64,000 nt of DNA from Dictyostelium discoideum. Its lineage: Eukaryota. Below the pieces are notes generated by a model that saw only the letters and a list, made by a program, of their open reading frames with translations, had not been told where the DNA came from and searched no databases. This document shows, piece after piece, positions 1 through 18,000 of this stretch (position 1 is the stretch's first letter; the number at the start of each line of letters is the position of its first letter). Position numbers and translations under genes: made by a program. The stretch covers positions 3,456,001 through 3,520,000 of the forward strand of contig CM000151.3 of NCBI GenBank assembly GCA_000004695.1, given 5' to 3'.

Positions 1-168
1 AATTCGAATTTATTATTTATTGAACAATTCATTTATTATTTATTCTTTGTGTAGATAAATATATATATATATATATATACACACAAAATCAAAAAAAAAA
101 AAAAAATAAAATAAAATAAAATAATAAATTTTTTTTTTTTATTTTTATTTTTTTTTAAATTTATTATT

Positions 169-6721
<6,553 letters not shown>

Positions 6722-6860
6722 TCTTTAAGTTTGGGTTTTTTTTTTAAAAAAAAAAAAAAATTAAAAATTTTAATTATATATATATATAAATAAATACAAA
6801 AATAAATAAATAAATGAACGATAAATTTTAAAATTTTAAAAAAATCAATTTCATCTATCG

Positions 6861-6878
6861 TGGTGGTGTGGTGGGGTG
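6861..6878. promoter_or_regulatory. G-box-like G/T-rich element (tggtggtgtggtggggtg) in the ~890-bp divergent promoter between the Sec7 gene and the FNIP gene
   Basis: An isolated G-rich island in otherwise A/T DNA. It resembles Dictyostelium GBF-type G-boxes. Inference only. Confidence 0.3.
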
Positions 6879-7610
6879 AAAAATAAAAAATAAAATTTAT
6901 TAATTTATTAATTATTTAAATAAGGTTCCCAATTCCCTTTTTTTTTTTTTTTTTTTTAATATTAAAAAAAATAGGAATTAATTAAACAATAACAAAAAAA
7001 AAAGATGTTTTTTTTTTTTTTTTTTTGATTAGGGAATGTTATTTTAAAAATATATTGTTGTATTTTTAATTATAAAAAAAATAAAAATTTTCAAAAAAAA
7101 TAAAAAATAAAAAATAAAAAAAAAAAAATTATAAAAAAAAAATAAAAAAAAATAAAAAAAATAAAATTCAAAAAAAAATATTTGAAAATAATTTTTTTAT
7201 TTTGAAGGCTGGTTGGTAATGTCAACGTTGTTCATTTATATTTGGTTATGTTGAGTATTTTAAATAATAAAAAAATAAAAATATTCCATTTTTATTTTTT
7301 TTAAAATCAAAATTTATTTTCATTTAAATGGAATATTAATTTTATTTATTTTATTATTTTTTTAAATATCTTGATTAAAAAAAAAAAAAAAAAAAAAATG
7401 AAGATATTTATTATTTTTTTTTTTTTTTTAATAATTTTTTTTTTTTGAGTGTTTTTAAAAATACTATTTTTTTTTTTTTTTTTTATAATTTTTTTCTTTT
7501 TTATTTCTTATTTATTTTTTATAATTGAAATTTTTATATAAAAATAAATAAAAAAACAAATAAATAAAGTTTTCCTAAACACTTTTTTTTTTTTTTAAAA
7601 TAAAAAAAAA

Positions 7611-9086
7611 ATGGTTGTACTTTCAAAATATAATGAATTTACAATTATTAATCAATTAAATGATGATAATTCAATATTATTTTTTAAAATTTGGAGAAAT
7701 ATTGTATTAAAAAAAAAGATATGGCAAGATGCAATTTTAATATCAAAATATGATATTCAAAATATTAAAGAAATAAAACAATTAAGAGAACATAAATATA
7801 GAGAATATATTAGAACAATTAAATTTGTTGATCATTTCAATGATTTATTAGAAGAAGGTGATATTCCAAACAATGTTTCAACAATTGATTTTGGTGTAGC
7901 ATTTGATACAAGAATTAGTGCTAGAGTTTTACCAAATTCGCTTACAACCCTTGACTTGGGCATACAATTTAATCAATCCATTGATTGTGGTGTTTTACCA
8001 AAAAATTTAAAAAATATTTATTTTAGTCATTTATTCAATAAACCAATACTAGTAAACTCAATTCCAAATAGTGTTAAATTAATTGATTTTAGAAATTCGC
8101 CATCGTTTAATACTGAAATTAAAATTGGATCATTGCCAAACTCATTAACCTCTTTAAATTTAGGGTATAAGTATAATATTAAATTTAAAGAAGGAGTTTT
8201 ACCAAACTCTTTAAAAAAATTAATAATTTCAGAAAATTACAATTTTCCAATTAAAAAAGGTGATTTACCAAATAGTATAACTAGTTTAACATTGGGAAAT
8301 TATGATCAAAATATTAAATCAGATGAGTTACCAGAAAGTTTAAAAGTTTTAATAATGGGCCCACTACAAACAAAACAAATTGAAATTTCAAATTTGAAAT
8401 ATATTGAAAAATTGACATTATCAGATTACTATGATGTTCAATATAAAGATTTTCCAAAATCTTTAAAAATTTTAAATTTAGCTTATAAATATAATAAACC
8501 AATTTTACCAAATTCTATTGACAATATTACTGAAATTACATTTGGTAGTGAATTTAATCAACCTATTGAATTGAGTACATTCAAGTCAATTAAGAAATTA
8601 GTATTTGGTGCTAGATTTAATCAGGAATTGAAGCCATATACTTTGAATGATGGTATTGAGAGTTTATCATTTGGTTATTTTTATAATAAAAAATTTCAAT
8701 CAAATAGTTTACCATCGACATTAACTTATTTAAAACTTGGTAGAGAATTTAATCAAATAGTTGAGCCTGGTATATTCCCAAACTCAATCAAACATTTAAT
8801 CTATAGTAATTTAAATAAATCACCATTGACCATTGGTATATTACCATCATCACTTGAAACTTTAGAATTTTTATTTTTCAATGCACCAATTGAGCCATTT
8901 TCAATTCCAAATGGTTGTAAAAAGATTATTTTAAGTTCACAATTTCAAAATCATTCAATTTCAAATAATGTTATACCAAATACTTGTACTGAATTAACAA
9001 TTTCTGAATTATATAAAAGAGAATTATTAGATTTAAATTCATTACCAAAAGGTTGTAAATTACTATATGCTTTATTAATTAATTAA
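7611..9086 (+). CDS. FNIP-repeat protein (Dictyostelium FNIP repeat family)
   Basis: Single 491-aa ORF with about 15 tandem ~22-aa repeats of the form LPNSLTxLxxGxxFNQPI, which is the FNIP repeat signature. The ATG sits directly after an A-run. Confidence 0.8.
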   Translation: MVVLSKYNEFTIINQLNDDNSILFFKIWRNIVLKKKIWQDAILISKYDIQNIKEIKQLREHKYREYIRTIKFVDHFNDLLEEGDIPNNVSTIDFGVAFDTRISARVLPNSLTTLDLGIQFNQSIDCGVLPKNLKNIYFSHLFNKPILVNSIPNSVKLIDFRNSPSFNTEIKIGSLPNSLTSLNLGYKYNIKFKEGVLPNSLKKLIISENYNFPIKKGDLPNSITSLTLGNYDQNIKSDELPESLKVLIMGPLQTKQIEISNLKYIEKLTLSDYYDVQYKDFPKSLKILNLAYKYNKPILPNSIDNITEITFGSEFNQPIELSTFKSIKKLVFGARFNQELKPYTLNDGIESLSFGYFYNKKFQSNSLPSTLTYLKLGREFNQIVEPGIFPNSIKHLIYSNLNKSPLTIGILPSSLETLEFLFFNAPIEPFSIPNGCKKIILSSQFQNHSISNNVIPNTCTELTISELYKRELLDLNSLPKGCKLLYALLIN

Positions 9087-9225
9087 TTAATTATAAAAAT
9101 AAGAGAATATTTATTTATTTATTTATTTTTAAAAAAAATATATATATAAAAAGTTATTAAATTATAAAATTACAAATAAAGAAATAAAATGTATAAAATA
9201 ATTATTTCTTTTTTTTTTTTTTTTT

Positions 9226-10020
9226 TTATGCTACACATTTAAAATCACTACAATTAATAAAACACTCACCAACTGGGTCAACTCTTTGCCAACGCACTAA
9301 TAAAATTGCATTTGAGAAACGAGTTGGCATATTTAAATTAAAAATATAAGCAGATGTTGAAGAACATGATGGATCACTAATTGAAACACTTGCAGTATTT
9401 GGGAAACTTTGGAATAATGTTAAATGATCCCATGTTAATGGAGTTGTGGTTGGGTTGAAACCTGGTTTACTAACATAGAATTCCCAGAAATTTGGATTAT
9501 GAGAAGCAGTTGCACAGAATTTATAAGTGAAACTAACATTTACAGCATTTGCAGTTGTTGGAATAATTGTTGGTGTCCATGGTGCAACAATTGACATTCC
9601 ACTTTTATCATTTGATGATGTAGTTGCATATGCTGAACATAATGAATTTGGTACTGCTGCTTTTAAAGCACTTGCTCCTTGAGCATAATTTGGAATTAAA
9701 ACTGAAAATTCATTTGATTGAATAAATTGATATTGTGGATTATTTCCTTTTGCTTTTACAAATTGAAAAGCTGAACGACATGCAGCATCAGTAATACCAG
9801 ATCCATCCTCTGGCCACCAAATATTACCTTTTGGACATCTTATTTTAAAAAAAAAAAAAATTTAATAAATTGATATTTTATTGGAATAAAAAAAAAATGA
9901 AAAAATAAATAATTACTTTTGTTGGCGAGCCATTGGATAAATTGCATACCCATGAGAATTAATTAAAGAAATTGAAATCATTGAAATTAATGATAATAGT
10001 AAAAATTTAGAAATATACAT
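9226..10020 (-). CDS. Secreted AA10-type lytic polysaccharide monooxygenase-like protein (chitin-binding domain 3 like); exons 10020-9917 and 9838-9226
   Basis: Exon 1 encodes a signal peptide, MYISKFLLLSLISMISISLINS, ending at donor AA|GTAATT (9916/9915). The acceptor ataag| lies at 9839/9840. The frame then runs open from 9838 through the track ORF 9226-9597. The predicted mature N-terminus is HGYAIYPMARQQKC, which matches the AA10 His1 motif HGYxxxPxSRxxxC. The later segments SHNPNFWEFYVSKPGF and ILLVRWQRVD align to the AA10 second-His region and C-terminal region. Confidence 0.55.
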
Positions 10021-10686
10021 TGTTTTTTTTTTTTTTTTGATTTATTTTTTATTGTTTATTTAGGAATTGAAATTAAAAAAATAAAAATTTATTCAATTGA
10101 TTTAAATACTTAAATTTTTTAAATTGTAATATTATAATTTTTTTTTTTTTTATTTGTTTATTTGAAAAAAAAAAAAAAAAGCCATTCATCTAGTAATAGA
10201 ATTATTTCAATTAATTTTACCAAAACTTTTTTTAAAAAAAAAAAAAAAAAATAGGTTGAAAAAGAATATTGATTACTTATTTAGGATTTCTATATTTAAT
10301 CAATATTCTTTTAAAAAATTATGAAAAAAAATATAAAATCCAATCTTTTTTTTCAACACACAATTCACCACAACAAATTAATAATTATATTTTTTTTTTT
10401 TTTTTTTTGATAAAAAGTGATGGTGAGATGATTAAATAAAAATGATTATTAATATAAAAAAAAAAAAAATTTTTAAATCCAAAAAATCTCACACGATATA
10501 TAATAAATAAATAAAATTAACCCATTTGAATGACAAATTTGAATTTTCTAATAATTAAAACAAGATTTTTAAAATCAATGTTTTTTTTTTTTTTTTATTA
10601 TTACTTTATTATATGTTTACATTATGATATTGATGGGATGAGGAATTTTATAAAATATTGGTTTTAAAAAAAAAAAAAAGAAAAAC

Positions 10687-10721
<35 letters not shown>

Positions 10722-10918
10722 TTTTGTTATAATTATTATGAATTGTGAAAATAAAGAAAAAATAGAAAAAAAAAATTATTGGATATATAGATAAAAAAAT
10801 TATTATTGAATATTGATTTTTGAGTGAACTAAATTATATAATATTTTAAAATATTATAAACTTAATTAAATTAAAATTAGGGGTTTAATCCAATTTTAAA
10901 AGTTGTTTGTTTTTTTGA

Positions 10919-13700
10919 TTATTGTTGTTTTTTATCATGATTATCAACAATTTTAGCAATTGAAAATTGACATAATAAATTTTTAGCAGCATTTGAATGA
11001 GCATAAACTTCACCAGTAAACATTGAAGTTGCATCTTTACCAATACCCATTTTAATGTAAGCTAAACCACCTGGGTGATCATTAACAAAAGATTCGACAT
11101 CTAATACGGTTTTGTTGATTATCATTAACTTTTTATTTTCTTTTTCAACCAAATTATTAAATTCATCGATTGTCATTGATGGTAAATCTTCTTTATTGAT
11201 ACCCCAATAGATTGATTGTTTCTTTGCGTCTAAATGTTTTTGGTGCATTTGAATCATACCTTTTTCAATTTCATTTTTGGAGAAAGTTTTCAAATCATAA
11301 GCCAAGCCTAAATAATACATTGCAGAGATCAACCATTTAGTTGGATCATATTGATAGAATTTATAAGCGTTTCTATAGTCATTTGGGAATTCATGATGGA
11401 AGTTATGATAACCTTCACCAAATGTTAATATAGCAGTCACAACTGAATCCTTTGGAGTATGTTCATCATCGTATGGAGAGTCACCTAAATAATGAGCCAA
11501 TGAATTGACCAAGAATGTGGAATGTTGAACTGTAACGAGACGAAGTACACCAGAGTAGAAATAACCACCAGCCCAATCACCCCAACCTAAACCAGCTACC
11601 AATGTTGGGAAAACGAGACCCATAAAAGTGGCGATTTTAATGTAATGTTTATGTTGCCACATAACCCATGGATCGGCGTTAAGGTCGTCAATGTTTGCTC
11701 TACCGATTTTCTTTGGATCTTGTTTGAACATTAACCAAATGAAATGGGAATGCCAGAAACCCAATGAAGCTGAATATGGATCTTTATCAGTATCGAGATA
11801 ACGATGATGAGCACGATGATCTCTTGACCACCAACGACATGAACCTTCGACAGCACCTGCACCAAATAGCAACAAGATAATACGAACTGGTAAAACTGCA
11901 CTATAAGCCTTATGAGCCCAAAGTCTATGATAACCTGCTGTAATACCCATACCAGTGAAATGATAATAAATAAATGACCAAATAAATGTTTTCAATGAAC
12001 ACTCTACATTAATTAGACCATAGAGACCAATGAATGGAATACCAATTAAAATGATAACATGTAACCAATTGATTGATTTTAAAAATTCTTTAACAGTACG
12101 ACTTGTACGACTATTTGAAACGGCTTCAGCGGTTGCTTCTGCTTTCTTTTCTTGATCTGGTACCAATGGAGCTGAATCAAATGGTGAGAAAATTTCATTT
12201 GAAAAGTTTTCACTACGGATAATTAATTCTTTAAATAATTCAGTTTCAAATGTACATTCATAAATATATTCACCCCAACTCTTTTTAAATGAATTATAAG
12301 CTTTTCTTAGATTATAATGTGGAATTGAAACTGCAATTTGTCTTGGTAATGAAAAATTAATATCTTTAACAATAAATTCAAACCATTGTGGATATGTAAT
12401 ATGTACTAAATATTTTTCAACTTCAGATGATTTCTTATCACCTTTGTTATTGTTATTATTATTATTTGATTTTTCTAATTTTGAAGCAACTTGTAATTCT
12501 TCATAAAATGGAATTGATGGTAATAATGAAGCAGTTGAAAGTAAGAAATGTAAAACTAACCATGGTGCGAACCAATAATTAAGGAATCCACTTACACCTA
12601 CAAATTTAAACATCATTGGGAAGAAAATAAATCCAAAAATGTAAACAATTGCAATTGAAACGATTGCTTTGGTTTTATCTTTTTTATCTGATAAATTTTT
12701 AGTTGAGAAATAATTTTCAGACCAATTAATAATTGATAAAATCCAAAAGAATTTACCAGTTGCCCATTGTCTAATTGGATTTGTACTTTCGGTTGTGGTA
12801 TGTGCATTAATCTTGAATTGTTCACCATTTAAAACAGCTGTCGATTTCTTTTCTGCATTATTCTTTTCTGAAATCTTGTAAGATTGGAATGGATATAACA
12901 ATGGTAACATTACAATTGTTCCAATAATTGAATTAACTAATGGATTCTTTGAAAAAGTTTTATGAATACAATCATTACCAATTACCATTAACTATTAGTG
13001 TGAGAGGTTGTCATATTTTAAAAGATATTAAAAAAAAAAAAAAAATAAAAAATAAAAAAAAAGTTTTGTTGGGTTAGTGATTAGATATTTTGGAAAAAAA
13101 AAAAAAAAGATGCAAATAAAAAAAAAAAATTTTAATTATTTTTAATTATTATTTTTTTTTTTTTTTTGTTTTTGTAAAATGGGTGCTTTTTTTTTTTTGA
13201 TGGTAATCAAAAAAAAAATAAAATAACAATCATTGTGATTGAAAAAAAAAATTTGGTAGTCTGGAACTGTGACGGTTTTTTTTTTTTCCCACTTGAAAAT
13301 TTCAAGTCACTTTCAGAAAAAAAAAAAAAAAAAAAATTTTGTTTAAAAAAAATAAAAAAAAAGTGAAAATGGAAATAATAAAAAATGAATGAATAATAAT
13401 TGTATTACTTACACCAGTAACTGAGGCACCCATTAACATCCAACCAATTGGGGTTAAGTAAGATGGCATGAGAGTAATGAATGTTGCACTTAAACCAATG
13501 AATAAGATTGTTATTAAAAGTGAACATGCTGATTTAAAATTACTTGTTTCAAAAACTTCTTTTGGAAGAGATTGTAAAATTTGATCAATAGTTAATTCTT
13601 TTGGTAATGATTTTGGTTGTTTTCTAATTGGTTTAATATTTCCATACATAACAGATGGATAAACTTTCTCCTTTAAAGGAGCTCCACTTCCTTTACCCAT
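10919..13700 (-). CDS. Tri-domain membrane desaturase: N-terminal FAD2-like domain lacking all three His boxes, then an OLE1-type delta-9 (stearoyl-CoA) desaturase, then a C-terminal cytochrome b5; exons 13700-13413 and 12991-10919; ~786 aa
   Basis: Exon 1 (within ORF 13302-13700) resembles the FAD2 N-terminus and first TM (KQPKSLPKELTIDQIL...WMLMGASVTG), with donor GGT|GTAAGT at 13412. The acceptor ctaatag| at 12992 joins in phase 0 to the 689-aa ORF. The joined sequence VTG|LMVIGNDCIHKTFS aligns without a gap to FAD2 LTGIWVIAHECGHHAFS. The positions of His box 2 (PFQSYKISEKN versus PYFSWKYSHRRHH) and His box 3 (RQIAVSIPHYNL versus HVAHHLFSTMPHYN) are likewise non-His. Downstream, in the same ORF, the classic SCD motifs are all present: HRLWAH, HRAHHR, HNFHHEFP, then a b5 heme motif HPGG. 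Residues ~310-689 align over their full length to yeast OLE1. Confidence 0.6.
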
Positions 13701-15005
13701 TTTTTATCTATAATTTTTTTTTAAATTTTATTTATATTTAGATTTTTTTTTTTTTTTTTTTTTTTTTATTAATATTTTATATTTTGGATTTTATTTTTTT
13801 AAAAAAAAAAGATATTTTTATTTAAGTAATTACTTTTTTTTTTTTTTTTACTTTACAATTAATTTAATTTTTTTTATTTTATTTTTAAATAAATAAAAAA
13901 AAAAATTATGTGGAAAGATAGGTATGAATTAAAAAAAGAAAAAAAAAAAAAAAAAAAAAGGTAAAATAAAAAAAATAAAAGAAAAAAAAAAAAAAAAAAA
14001 AAAATAATAAAAAATAAAATAAAATATTAAATAGCAACATTTAATCATATGATGGTGGGAATTCAGGTGGAACATGAAACCAAATTTTTTTTTTTTTTTT
14101 ATTTTCGGGATTATAAAAAATATCTTTATGAAAAAAAAAAAAAAAAAAATTTCCCCGTTTCTTATTTTTTTAATAATCTAAAAATAACAAGCAAAAAAAA
14201 AAAAAAAAAAAAAAAGCACCTGCATGCCATTTTGAATCCCATTCGCCGTAAAATTATCTATTTAAAAAATTATGATTCAAAATGTATATCTTTCGAAAGG
14301 AAAAAAAAAATGAAATCCAATTGAAAAAATATTACTGAATCTTACCACACAATGAAAAAAAAAAAAAAAAATTAATTATTAAAAGAACAAATAATAAATA
14401 GAATAGAAAAAAAAAAAAAAATTAATTTATCTAAAAAATCTTTTTATTATTATTTTTCTTTTAATTGGAACTTTAAATGACCTTTTACTTTCAAAATGAC
14501 GAATTTTCATTCACATTTTATTTTTAAAATTATAATAAAAAAAAATTTAAAAATTGGATATTTTAAATAAAATTTTATAAAAGAAACGATTAAAAAAAAA
14601 AATAAAAAAAAAAAAAAGAAGAAAAATAATAAAAAGTTTAATTTATATTAGATTTTTTTTTTTTTTTTTTTTTTTTAAATACTTGTTTTATCTTTATTCT
14701 TTTCATTTCATTCACCAAATTATTTTGATCTGAGATTAAATAATTACTTAATTTTTTTTTTTTTTTTCTTTTATTATTACCAACCTGTTAAACACAAAAA
14801 ACAAATTACTAGGAGTTTTAAAAATTATGGTCAAACTTTTTCCTTATTTTTTCTGTTTAATAATTATTATTATTATTATTTTTTTTATTTTTATTTTTAT
14901 TTTTTTTTTTGTTTAGAAAAATTATTTTTATTATTTATTATTTTAAAATTATTTTTATTATTTATTATTTTTATTTTTTTTATTTATTTATTTTTTTTTA
15001 TTTTT

Positions 15006-18000
15006 TTACTTTTTAAATTTGTTTAAAGTACTTGTACTTGTATTTAAATCTAATAAAGTTGAAGTTAATTGATTAACCATTGAAGTTAATTGTGAATCAG
15101 AGTCAGAATCTTTTTCATCAGAAGCAGCTTTAACACTTGATAAAATTTTAAATTGACAACTTAGTGTTTGTAAAACACCAATACCATGACTACATCTTGT
15201 TTGTAACATTTTATTTGAAGTTGGAGTTGATTTAATATTATTTGAAACCTCTGTTGAATATTTATTTAAAAGTATAGATATATTTCTACCACATAATAAA
15301 ATTTGTTTTTTATCACCAATTTTAATTGCATTTGCATAAGCTTCCAATTCTTTACCAATTGTACCAAGTTGTTCATTACCTGATATATTTGACATTTGAT
15401 TTGCTGCATTAATACATGAATCTTCTAATGATGCACCTTTATCACTTGGTTTAAAAGTATTAATTGGTTGTGGTGTTTTATTTGGTATTGGTTTTGTTGC
15501 TGTTGTAGTTGCTTCTGTAGTAGTAGTTGTTGTTGGTGGTACAGTTTTAGGATTTGTAGATTGAGGTTGAGTTGTTAATTTAATTGGTACTCTAGTTTCA
15601 ATTGGTCTAATTGGTTTTGTAATTGTAATATTATTTGTATTTGTTAAAATTGGTTTTTGAGGTTGTGAAGATGATCTTGGTTTATAATTTACTTGAGCTG
15701 TTGAAATGATTTTACCATTATTTGATGATGATGATGAAAATATTGGTTTAGTTGAATTTGTTTGAATTGAAACATAACGTTCAATTTTATTTGGTGATTC
15801 AACAATTGGCAATAGATTATTTGACTTAATTGAATCAACCAATTGTTTAATATCTTTTGATTTTGATTGAGAGGATTGTGATAGTTTGATACGATTATCT
15901 TCAATCTTTGGTTGATTAATACTTTGAATTGAATTTATTAAATTACAAAGTGAAGAGATTGACATATCCTTCTCAGCTTTAATTGTGTCTGTCAATTTAG
16001 ACTGTTTCAAATTCTTTAAATAATCTTTTGAAATTGAGTTAACATCAGATAATTTAGATTTCAATTGTGATTCAAATTCTTTTAATTCTTTTTCATTTAA
16101 ACCTTGTTGTTTCAATAATGGTATTAAATGATTTGATTGTAAATTTGATAGTTTTGAAATATATTCATCAATTTGTTTTGAATTATCATTGGTCACTGTT
16201 GAAACATCAATTGAATCATTTAATTTAATTAAAGTTGCTTGATATTGTTTAATTGCATTTTTAAATTGGAATATAGGATCAATTGAATCTAATTGATTTA
16301 AAATTTCATAAATTGGTGATTCAATTTTAGTTTGTAAATTCTCTAATAATTCTCTCTTCTTTTGATCATTATTATTATCATTTAAACAATTATTTGATGC
16401 AACAATTAATTGAGGTGTTAAAGTTTCAATTTCTTTTAATGATTTACCAATTATTAATTTTTTACTTTCATTTAATTTTATATCATTATTAATTAATTGT
16501 TGTTTTAATTTTGAATAATTTTCTAAAATTTTTTTTGTAGTTTCTTGAATTTTTACATTATTATTAGCATTATTATTATTATTAATTGGTTGTTGAGTTG
16601 ATTGTCTTGATAATTTTTGAATTAAATTTGAATGATTTAATAATAATTGTAATGGTGTTGATAATTGTTCATTAATTAAATTATCTAAAGTTTGTTGGAA
16701 TTGTGATCTAACTTTTTCAAATTGTTCTCTTGAAATTGGATTTAGGGGTTGTTTTAAATATTGATTAATTTTATTTGATAAATCATCGGTGGAATCATTA
16801 TTTTTACCATTTAATTTATTTTCTAATTTATTAATTGCATCTCTAATTCTTTGTTGTCTTTCTTTATCTAAATAAGATTGTTGTCTTGATAAATCGAAAT
16901 TTGAAGAATCTATACATTTTCCAGCCAATTTCTCTAAACGTTTTAAATTTACTTTAAATTGATTTTCATCTTTAATTAACATACCATTATTATCGATTTT
17001 ATTTGAAAGTTTTTTAAATTGGTCAGAGTAATAAGGTGTTTTAGAAATTAATTTATAATTTGAATTATTATTTGAAGATTGTTTTTCAATTTCATTTAAG
17101 TTTCTTTTAATTTGATTATTAATGAAACCAACTTTCTTTTGATAGGATGCTTCGGTTGGTATATCTTTTGATTGTAACATTGATTTAATAGTTTGTAATT
17201 GTAATGGTATTAATGTTGATAATTCTTTTGAACATTCTTTAATTATTAAATTTCTTTCAAAATCTGCATTATTTTGATTAGCATCAATTAATACTGCCGT
17301 TGAACTTGTTAATGAATCTGCTAATGATAATATTTCTTGATGTAATTTAACTAATGATCTTGATGATTCAACAACACCTTTTGAATCTGAATCTAATGCA
17401 TTTGATTCTAATTTATCTAATTCTTTCTTTTCATCATTAATTAATTTTTTAATCTTTTTATCTTCTTCTTCATCATCATCATCATCATTATTATTATTAT
17501 TATCATTGTTATTATTATTATTATTATTTTCAATATTTTCTTTATCAATTATTTGATTAATATTTGGATTTAAAATTAATTGTTCTAATGGTTGAATAAT
17601 TTGATCTAATAATTGTTGATGTTTTTTCTCTAATTCTTTATCATTTGGATTTGATTGTAATTGTGTTGCTTGTAATGTTAATGTTGGTATAATTGAATTT
17701 ATTGATTGTTTAATTGTATTTTGAGAGATTGTAGTTGGTGATAAATCTTGTTGTTGTTTACCTTTACCAGTTGCAAAGAAAATTGATTTTGAACAATTAT
17801 CAACACTCTCTGAAACTGTATCTAGGATTGTTAAAAGTTTTTCAATTTGATCATCACTTTTTTCACTCTCCAAGAATGATAAAGCAGCTTCAACTTGATC
17901 AACGATAGATTTCTTTACAGTTTCCAAGGAATTTGCTAAAAGTAATTGAATATTTGGATCCAAGGTTTCAGAAACTTCTTTTGAAGTCAAATGATTTGAA

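Noticed and set aside
14049-14324. AT-rich intergenic ORFs (14049-14324; likewise 24558-24855, 29973-30158, 36128-36419, 37042-37263, 39874-40080, 44770-45175, 54200-54439, 58728-58913 and 61171-61434)
   Set aside because: PolyK/polyF/polyI translations of A/T homopolymer-rich spacer. They show no codon periodicity and no proper starts.
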